Assembly (NCBI RefSeq): GCF_006345805.1
Contig: NC_043013.1
Span: forward strand, 3,100,001-3,164,000
Direction: 5' to 3'
DNA length: 64,000 nt
Origin: Octopus sinensis
Taxonomy: Eukaryota
In this document: positions 54,356-64,000 of the stretch, piece by piece
Numbering within the stretch: the first letter of the stretch is position 1
Layout of the letters: the number at the start of each line of letters is the position of its first letter
Notes under the pieces: generated by a model
Databases searched by the model: none
Told to the model about the DNA's origin: nothing
Seen by the model: only the letters and a program-made list of their open reading frames with translations
Made by a program: the position numbers and the translations under genes

Positions 54356-54970
54356 GTTGGGTATGATTTTGGAGAGAATTGACTGTGAATTCTAGCTGGG
54401 CGATCGACGATTTAGAGACTGCATCATCAGCTGGAGTTTCTGACGTAGTGTGATAACAGTATGATAGAGTTAAGACAGACCTCGAAAGAAACAGTATAAC
54501 AAACGCACTGGATATACTTCAAAGGACGTTGGCCTGTGTGCGCTGCCAGCTGCACCAGGATATAAAACAGAGTGGGTTGCTCTACACACATTCCGCCGCC
54601 AGAGAATCGGCTGTTTTTATTTCTCATGCCATTCAATTCAAGCACCAACCTCTCGATCTTGAAGAGCTATTAGACTGATATTTAGTGTTGAGGCGCCATG
54701 TGGTATGCATGAGAAAATGGTAAACGAGGGCAGTGGCTCTCAGTGTTCTTCATGGAGCTCTGGGGATTTAAATAGAGAAAAGTAGTGCTGCACATAACGT
54801 AGGCACTTAACTACGACTATATTTTAAAGTAGATGTTCTCAACTTGGATCCAAGTTTGAGGGTTTTCTAAGCTGCGTTCAAAATTTTAAAAGGTTACGGA
54901 ATAATAATATAATAATAATAATAATAATAATATAAACGGTTACGGAAAAAAATATGTATAATTATTCAGA

Positions 54971-55205
54971 TATGTATGTGTATGTATGTATGTATGTATG
55001 TATGTATGTATGTATGTATGTGTGTATGTATGTATGTATGTATGTATGTATGTATGTATGTATGTATGTATGTATGCATGTATGTATGCATGTATGTATG
55101 TATGCATGTATGTATGTATGTATGTATGGAAGGATGGATGGATGGATGGATGGAAGGATGGACGGATGGATGGATGGATTTATGCATGCATGCATGTATG
55201 TATGT
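54971..55205. repeat. (TATG)n(GATG)n microsatellite
   Basis: Directly visible. Confidence 0.97.
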
Positions 55206-55233
55206 ATAATATGTATAAATATATATATATAAA

Positions 55234-55708
55234 GTGAAGAAAGAAAAGACCTAGTAATTCAATCCGCAAACATGACTCCGATTAGAGATGGATTTAAAGG
55301 ACAATTGTACATGATACTCTCTCTCTTTACTCTTTTACTTGTTTCAGTCATTTGACTGCGGCCATGCTGGAGTACCGCCTGTAGTCGAGTAAATTGTCCC
55401 CGGGACTTATTCTTTGTAAGCCCAGTAGTACTTATTCTATCGGTATCTTTTGCCGAACTGCTAGGTTACAGGGATGTAAATACACCGCCATCAGTTGTCG
55501 AGCGATGTTGGGGCGACAAACACAGATACATAAATATAGATACACACTTACACATATATAATTACATACATACATACATGCATACATGCATACATACATA
55601 CATATATATAGATATAGATATATATATATACACACACACATATATATGCAGTTTCCACTCACAAGGCTTTGGTCATGTATATACAAATACATACATTCAT
55701 ACATACAC

Positions 55709-55767
<59 letters not shown>

Positions 55768-56265
55768 AATACATACATTCATACATACACACACACACAC
55801 ATACACATATTATATGTGTATGTGTGTGTGTGTGTGTGTGTGTGTCCCCTTGTGCCTCTGTTTGTCTCTCACCACTATTTGACAACTGGTGTCGGTGTCT
55901 TTCCGTGGTTGGTAAGCAACTCCTGCGCCTATTGATTAAAAATATATAAATATACAGGCATTTTTTTTAAACATCTATAAGTAAATAAATATATTAAGAT
56001 ATATGTATGTGTAAAGTAATAGATTTTAAGTAATTCCGGATGAACGCATAAAAACTTTAAAACATGCGTGTATAGGTAAAAATATGGAGAAAGTCTATTA
56101 CTTTGCACATAAATATTTTTAATATATTTATTTACTATTAAATGTTTTTTTAAAATGGATCTGTATTCGTATATTTTTAATCCATCATGTACGATTGTCC
56201 CTTAAATCCATCTCTAATCGGAGTCACGTTTGCGGGTTGAATTACCAGGTCTTTTCTTTCTTCAC
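55234..56265. mobile_element. ~415-bp foldback element interrupted by a SINE A copy (55318-55931)
   Basis: 55234-55315 is the reverse complement of 56184-56265; 55935-56025 pairs with ~56093-56181. Confidence 0.75.
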
Positions 56266-56398
56266 ATTACATATTTATATCTTTCATCTCAAGTTACTCC
56301 TGGGCACTTTTGAGTCTAAACCTCTATATCTAATCAATCTTCTTTCTCAAAACAATTATATATATATATTATATATATAATATATATAATATATATAT

Positions 56399-56431
<33 letters not shown>

Positions 56432-56508
56432 GTATATATATATGTATGTATGTATGTATGTAGGTATGTATGTAGTATGTGTATATATATATAAGTGTTT
56501 ATATGTGT

Positions 56509-56567
<59 letters not shown>

Positions 56568-57392
56568 CGTATATTCAGGTGAAAGACGAAATTGGGTAAA
56601 CGAGCTTGTAGTTAATAAAATCGACTTATTAAGCCCTTTCAAAGGCCAGGTCCTTGGGAAAAGTCATTTAAATAAAAGGGAGTCTTTACTGGTTAAAAGG
56701 CAGGGACCCACTGTTTGTAAAGTTTAAAATTTGGAAAATAAAGAGAAAACTACGGCTTACCTTGTTTTACTAATCATTCTTGCACATTACAAAATTGTGA
56801 ATAACTCGTTTTTCAAGATATTCGAGCATTAATATGGATTTTCTAAAAGTTAAATTGTATTTTTGAATTCCTTGCCGCACCCAGGGACCCCTTCCGCAAC
56901 ACTGTAACCACATTTACAGGCCGCTCTTATTGACTGCAGAGGCTTTGGAGAATCTACCGACCAGAATGTTACTTTTAGCAGTCTATAAACAGAGTTCAAG
57001 GAGTGCAAATAAATGTTGTGATGTGAATTCTGTTTGAAATATTTGTATTACAATTTGCCGATGCAGAACGGTGCAGTCTACTGTTAAGTTTTTAACTTAA
57101 GAACTATAATTCAACCTAAATGTTAAACAGGTCTGTATTTTTCTATTGTACAAGTCTACATTGCATGTTTGAACGTTACTCTAACATGGCCTTGTTCATA
57201 AATAATAAAATCAAATAGAAGAAAGCTAAAGAAAACATATAAAATTACACATGCATGTACTGAAAATTATACCAAAGCATATACAAATAATTTCTCACCC
57301 ATCACACAGACATGATTACAAAATGATTGGTCCTAAAAAATGGGCGTATTACGGTTATAATACACATTCAAACAGATGCATACGAACATGTA

Positions 57393-57445
<53 letters not shown>

Positions 57446-57915
57446 ATATAGATAGAGAAGGAGAGAGAGAGAGAAGAGAGAGAGAATAGACGTCAGTGCA
57501 CGCAATAAATACACTTACGTAAGAGCAAAAGTATGCACATATTTCGGTTCCATGTAATCACATAATAGGGAAAAAGAAACAAAACAAAGCTAGAATGCAT
57601 AGAACACATCCAGCATGTAGCTATTCCTATAATGGCAGCGCAGAAAATATCTGCGTAATGAACCACCGCACATTGCCACACAGGTTGCCACGTGGTTATT
57701 CGACCGATTAGAAATAGCCAATACCCCCTCTAAATACTTTATTCCCAATTACGGAAAAGCTAAGTTGGATAAGATTTTAGGATAGAGGCCTTGTAACAGG
57801 GCAAACAAAATCTAATTAGTCAGAGGCATACTGTAGGTCAGTGGCTCTCAACCTGGCTCCTTATGGCCCTTGGGAGGCCATTTAAGGTTTTGTTATGAAA
57901 ATTTATCTGCAATAC

Positions 57916-58330
57916 GCGCAGGAGTGGCTGTGTGGTAAGTAGCTTGCTTAACAACCACATGGTTCCGGGTTCAGTCCCACTGCGTGGCATCTTGGGCAAG
58001 TGTCTTCTACTATAGCCTCGGGTCGACCAAAGCCTTGTGAGTGGATTTGGTAGACGGAAACTGGAAGAAGCCCGTCGTATATGTATATATATATATGTAT
58101 GTGTGTATATGTTTGTGTGTCTGTGTTTGTCCCCCCAACATCGCTTGACAACTGATGCTGGTGTGTTACGTCCCCGTAACTTAGCGGGTTCAGCAAAAGA
58201 GACTGATAGAATAAGTACTAGGCTTACAAAGAATAAGTCCTGGGGTCGATTTACTCGACTAGAAGGCGGTGCTCCAGCATGGCCGCAGTCAAATGACTGA
58301 AACCAGTAAAAGAGAGTAAAGGAGTAAGAG
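57916..58330 (+). mobile_element. SINE family A, full length
   Basis: Matches 10138-10579. Confidence 0.93.
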
Positions 58331-59937
58331 AATAATTTGCTTATAGTTTTACAATACATAAAATAGTGTAATAATTTTTTTAATACAGTTCCTAGTAATA
58401 ATTCATATTAATTATAAAAGCATGATAGGATTTTTAAAACATCTAATACCTTTCGGTGTTAATACTGCTTCTGTTCAGGTTCTGATTTTCTTTATATCAT
58501 TAGTGAAGAAATGAGTGACTGCTATCTCAAGCGGTCGAGCGTCCATCACCGATGAAACCAACACAGGTCGAAATCACGTGATCTGATGGTCTTGGCGTTG
58601 TAGTTGGTGGGGAGTTATCTCATCGGACAAAAATCCTTCATGATTGTTCTCACATCTCACCTGTATGTTTTAGGCAGTAGAACCATTGCTGCAGGGCAGA
58701 GAGAAGTTAAGAAATGTTTCGTTCGAACTGGAACACACGGGAGAGCCCACACGAGAGTTTCCCTCATGGTGTCTACCAAGGCAAAGTTTGTTCTATTAGA
58801 ACATCCACGTTTAAGTGGGAATAAAGATTATTCCTGTTAATTAGCGCCCAACGTACAACTTTCTGCGCTTGGTGCAGGACCTCAGCTCAGTCTAAGAAAT
58901 GAGCTTGCGGAAGCTGTGTGGTACGAACGGCTGATCGGCATAAGTTTGCGACTTCAGGTGCTGGGTAGCAAATCCAAATACTTGTCCCAATTGGTGCGGG
59001 TCGTCGTAAAATTTCACCAAGGTCAATTTTGATTCCCATCCCTTACGGAAAGATAAAATAGAATACTAGTCAAATACAGCGGTCGTTAGTATCGACCAAC
59101 TCATACCTCTTGAAAATTGTTGGCCTTGTGCATAAATTAGAAACACTATTATTGCTGTTATTATCTTTGTCATCATTAATATTCATAATTTCTATCGCTG
59201 AATATGAACGTTTACAAAATCTTAAATGGTTGTTTGTCAACCACTTAATTTGTTCACCTAAAACTGGTGGTATTAAAAAAAAAAGAATATTTACTTCAGC
59301 GAGTAAAGTTCATCAATCCGCAAACTACAACTCGGAATCCTCGAACAAACGGGATGATGTAAACCTAGTTTGTATAAAATATAGGAATTTCCAGTGGTTG
59401 GAGCCACGAACAAAGGTGTATTGGTTTACTTTAAAAATACAGCCTTTTCGTGAATACGTATCTTGGATTGAGGGAAACAGGGTAACGTCAATATGTCGAT
59501 GAATAACGGGACCCTAGGGGCTTCCACAGAATATCAATCCCAATGGTCAGAGATTGTTGGGAAATCAAGTCAACACCATCTCTAATGTAAACACCGGAAT
59601 GCATCTTCAAAGGCAACGGGCTCGAAATAAACAATAGGACAGTGAAATAACAGTGAGTCATAGAAAGGAGGTTGTGCGGGAAATTGAAAAGAAGGCTTGA
59701 TATATATATGGGAAACTTCGGGCATGCTTCTAATTTCAGACCAGCGATTAGGGAATCCATCACAGCAAATTAAGCGTAAATATTAGTTGAGTAAATATGA
59801 AGATAGGAGAAATTAGCAGGAAGATAGCAGCCAAACGTAATTATTGGAGGAGTTGATGAGGAATGTAACAGAAGTAATATTTACATCAAAAACACAACAG
59901 CAGCAAGTACAAAAATAATAGCAACAGCAGCATTAAC

Positions 59938-59961
59938 GGTAGTAGCAGTAGTAGTAGTAGT

Positions 59962-60048
<87 letters not shown>

Positions 60049-60085
60049 GGCGGTGCTGGTGGTGGTGGTGGTGGTAGTGGTAGTG

Positions 60086-60128
<43 letters not shown>

Positions 60129-60150
60129 GAGGAGGAGGAGGAGGAGGAGT
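59938..60150. repeat. (AGT)/(AGC)/(GGT)/(GGA) compound microsatellite
   Basis: Directly visible. Confidence 0.97.
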
Positions 60151-60381
60151 AAAAATTCGACGATAAGTAATTCCACACAAGAAACAATATGTAGCAAGAA
60201 AAGACAACAAAAAGCGAAAAGAAACTAATAGGAAAAAAAAAAAAAATTGTTTAAACCGCAAAATCGAAAGGAAAATAGTTAGGTAAGAAAGTCACGTCGA
60301 GAGCGCTTTCCATCAGAGTCACGTTTCATTGACCATCAAAGCAAGTGCCACAGTAATTTTTATAAGCTGACTCACGTTTAT

Positions 60382-60936
60382 TTGGTTCCGGGTTCAGTCC
60401 CTCTGCGTGGCATCTAGGGCAAGTGTCTTCTGCTATAGCCCCGGGCCGACCAATGCCTTGTGAGTGGATTTGGTAGACGGAAACTGAAAGAAGCCTGTCG
60501 TATATATGTATATATATATGTATGTGTGTGTGTGTTTGTGTGTCTGTGTTTGTCCCCCTAGCATTGCTTGACAACCGATGCTGGTGTGTTTACGTCCCCG
60601 TTACTTAGCGGTTCGGCAAAAGAGACCGATAGAATAAGTACTGCGCTTACAAAGAATAAGTCCCGGGATGGATTTGCTCGACTAGCATGGCCGCAGTCAA
60701 ATGACTGAAACAAGTAAAAGAGTAAAAGAGTAACACGTGGTTACATTTTGAAAGTATATATATATATATACACACACATACACACATGTCGGGCTTCTTT
60801 CAGTTTCTGTCTATCGAATCCGCTCACAAGGCTTTAGTCGACCCAAGGCTATAAGTAGAAGACACTTGCCCAAGGTGCCACGCAGTGGGACTGAATCTGG
60901 AACCATGTGCTTGAGAAGCAAGCTTCTTGCCACACA
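60382..60936. mobile_element. SINE family A copies (plus 60382-60732; minus 5' half 60788-60936)
   Basis: Family A sequence on both strands. Confidence 0.9.
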
Positions 60937-61511
60937 ATTTTCCGAATCTGTCGTTAATTGCGAGACAAACGCACAAAGCTGACAACTAAATCGCACTTAC
61001 ACCTCTGCAATGGGAATTAACAAATAGCAAAACACGAACGGATCGGAATGGAATACTCAGAGATTACAAAACATTTATCAACATATTAAGTCCCTCAGGC
61101 AATATCATGGAGTCAAGTTAAAATATCTTACAAAAAAAAAGAAGAAAAAATAGAAAGAGAAAAAAACACTTCAAAATCTCGTAAGTAAATAGCGTAAAAT
61201 TATTAAACACTAGAAGAGTTGCTAAAGATTTAACAACCAAATAATCTTAGCTGTTCAGGAAACCATATTCAAAAGATAATCGTTGAACACACTGTAGGTT
61301 ATAACAAAGCGTCATTGTAACACAGTGCACTCAATAATACAAGCCAACTGTAAAATTAATGGAATGACGAGAGTGCAAATATGGAAGACATCTACTGGCA
61401 ACCGAAGCAAATGAATTGTATTCATCTCAAAAGTACGACAGAAGAAATATAACAAAGATTTGGAACAAATAAACTGGATAGAAGTCACAATTCAACAGAA
61501 CATCATATAAT

Positions 61512-61914
61512 CTTTTATCTTTTACTTGTTGCAGTCATTAAACTGCGGCCATGCTGGGGCACCACTTTGAAGACATTTCAGTCGAATGAATCGACCCCTC
61601 CACACACTACATTTTTTTCTAGGCCTGGTACATATTCTATTGCACTGTTTTACCGAACCGCCTGTTACGGGGTCATAAACACACACAACACTGCTTGCCC
61701 AGTGATGGGGCGCGGGGGGTGTCAACAAACGAACACAAACACAAACACAAACACGACGGGCTTCTTTCAGTTTCCGTCTACCAAATCCACTCACAAGGTT
61801 TTGGTCGGCCCGAGGCCGTAGAAGATACTTGCCCAATGTGCTACGCTGTAGGACTGAACCCGGGACCATGTGGTTGGGCAGAAAGTTTCTTACCATACAG
61901 TCACGCCTGCGCCT
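61512..61914 (-). mobile_element. SINE family A, diverged
   Basis: Reverse complement of family A. Confidence 0.88.
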
Positions 61915-62329
61915 ATGTTGATAAGCCACAAATATGGCGAAATAAATAGAATCTTTATCAGATAAATTCATCACTCATTAAAAATCATTGGTCGCAAATA
62001 GCTCTTTCTAAACCTAGCATGTAGTTTAGAGAGGCGGAGTGGTGGAGGACAAGTGAAGTACATTAACCCCAGTACATAGCTGGTACTTTATCGACTTCAA
62101 AAGATGAAAGACAAAGTCAACTGCAAATCGGATGATAGAAGAAAAAGAAAGTAGATACAGTATAATAGTGATGTAGTCTTCAGAGAGGAGTATAATGTGA
62201 TGTAGTCTTCAGAGAGGAGGATAACTGCTTAAACATACCAGGGAACCTTACTAATCCAGGATCAACCAGACTACAAAGAGCAAGTGCCCTCTCCTAACGG
62301 TCATTCTCTGACTCCCTGACGAATACTGA

Positions 62330-62720
62330 GAGGAGGCTCATTTATTTGCACCATGTTTTCTAAAGTCCCCTACCTTTTAAAATAATTTATTGAAGGTGAA
62401 CATCTCCCTTTTTACGCTCATCTTACTTTCCGAGTCGAACTTGAAAACAGACGTTGGGAGCTACATTAAGGGAAAACTATGTCTTCAGCCTTCCAGTTTT
62501 TATCAACCACGTATCCTTTTTTACCCTAGGCCCCAGACAGAGGAAAACTTTTCCCCCTTAGTTTTAAAGAAGGTGACAGGACATCGGTAACCAGATCGAT
62601 CATACACGCGATAATAGATTCTTGACATAATTCTGCATATCAATGACACCCGGACACTGAACGAGTGAGTGCCGAATAGTTTCTCTGTTCGAATCTGGAA
62701 CAGAATCGGCTTCTGCTCCG
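62330..62720 (-). mobile_element. Decayed L1/Tx1-like ORF2 C-terminal fragment
   Basis: RETIRHSLVQCPGVIDMQNYVKNLLSRV aligns by eye with DETVLHALVQCPSIAELWVYVEQLLSRI (24228-24707). Confidence 0.65.
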
Positions 62721-63132
62721 TCTATTCCCGGAACTGTGACATGTAATGCTCCAGAAACAACGATAGCAACACCCATGGTCTTCCATACTTGGATCTACTT
62801 TTGATGTCTGCAGTTCTATTTTTTCTATTTTCTTGAAGTGACTTTTACTACCAGTACAGAAGGCTCTGTTAGTAACTGGACCTCCTGTGCTGCACCACTA
62901 GTTTGAATGCTTCTTCTGCTCTCTCAGGTATAGTTCCGAGACAAACAAATGTCATACAAAAGAAACAAAGAGTCCCAAAACCAAAATGACAAAGGAAAAA
63001 AAACTGAAAGAGAGAGAGAGGGGGGGATGAAAACATTTTCACTAATTTTAGATGTATGAGAGGAAGAATACAAATAAACCAGGAAATTTCGAGAAAAAAG
63101 CAATAGTAAACGAGAGAGTATGCTCTCATTAA

Positions 63133-63268
63133 CCCTTTGAGCCCGTAACACTGGTTTACCGGTGGATGGCCTATTTTTTTCTATACCGTTGCACCGCTCT
63201 ACCGGTGGAGCGCATCTGCACTGTAGCATCATTTTACAAATAAGGTTTAGGAGTCAGGGCACAAAGGG
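63133..63268. mobile_element. Short piggyBac-like MITE
   Basis: TTAA|ccctttgagccc ... gggcacaaaggg|TTAG. Confidence 0.6.
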
Positions 63269-63856
63269 TTAGTGATAACTACAAAGGGAATATCATTTTT
63301 GGCATTGAGAAGAGTTAATGAATAACTGAAAATAATGATCTTTGATTTAGACACAAGGCCAATAATTCTGAGCCGATGCTAAAGATCTCACAACTTGTAT
63401 GGTGCTTTGTTTTATTGACTCTGAAAGGATAAACTTCAAAGCTGACACCAACTTGAAAAATAATACGTCTAAATAATATGAATAACATGATATATTATGA
63501 AGTTGCACAAATACAAAGTTAAAATGAAAGCAAAAACGATAAGACAATTATTGGTTTCAAATTTTGGCACAAGGCCAGCAATTTTGGGGAGGGAGCAAGT
63601 CGATTGCATCAACCCCAGTCCTCAACTAGTACTCATTTTAACGACTGGGGTTGTAGTTGTTGCTGGTATTGGTGATCTTCCAGCATTTACTGATTTTTGC
63701 TTTCCTTGTTAATTATAATTATGTGGATAATTTTACCTATAAAAGTTATTTTAACGTACAGATCTACTTGGTAAAATTATTAATTAATTGATTAATTAAT
63801 TAATTTAATTAATAAATTTTACCCTTTTATTATTAATTTAAAATTATATATATATT

Positions 63857-64000
63857 GGTGTGATTGTGTAAAAAGAAGTTTGCTTCTCGACCACATGGTT
63901 CCAAGTTCAGTCCCACTGTGTGGCACCTTGGCCGAGTGTCTCCTAATACAGCTTCGGCCCGACCAAAGGCTTGTGAGTGGATTCGGTAGACGAAAACTGA
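63857..64000 (+). mobile_element. SINE family A, 5' part (runs off the window)
   Basis: accacatggttcc..gttcagtcccactg.gtggcaccttgg. Confidence 0.88.

Noticed and set aside
58600-59770. Short ORFs in unique sequence
   Set aside because: No recognisable domain or consistent splice structure
61000-61500. Possible LINE endonuclease remnant (QIILAVQET)
   Set aside because: A single short motif is insufficient support.

Overview
AT-rich, repeat-saturated eukaryotic DNA. The SINE families and microsatellite load look like an Octopus/cephalopod genome; this is recognition from memory, not a database search. I cannot support any intact host gene, and nearly all listed ORFs are microsatellite or transposon artefacts. 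The window holds many tRNA-derived SINEs, decayed Tc1/mariner transposons, Helitrons, L1/Tx1-like and R4/Dong-like LINE remnants, MITEs and Penelope-like (PLE) GIY-YIG remnants. The main signal is a dense set of type I hammerhead ribozyme (HHR) motifs at about 11 loci, in several unrelated non-coding units that mostly sit in (TA)n tracts. The clearest case is a ~5.6-copy tandem array of a highly self-complementary ~600-bp unit (36875-40219) with one HHR per unit. There is also a 436-bp unit with a junction-spanning inverted copy, and a 361-bp partial tandem. These look like retrozyme-like or non-autonomous PLE RNAs. Many of the HHRs have unusually long stem-II insertions and family-specific palindromic stem-III loops. 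Coordinates were read by eye, and boundaries of decayed elements are approximate.
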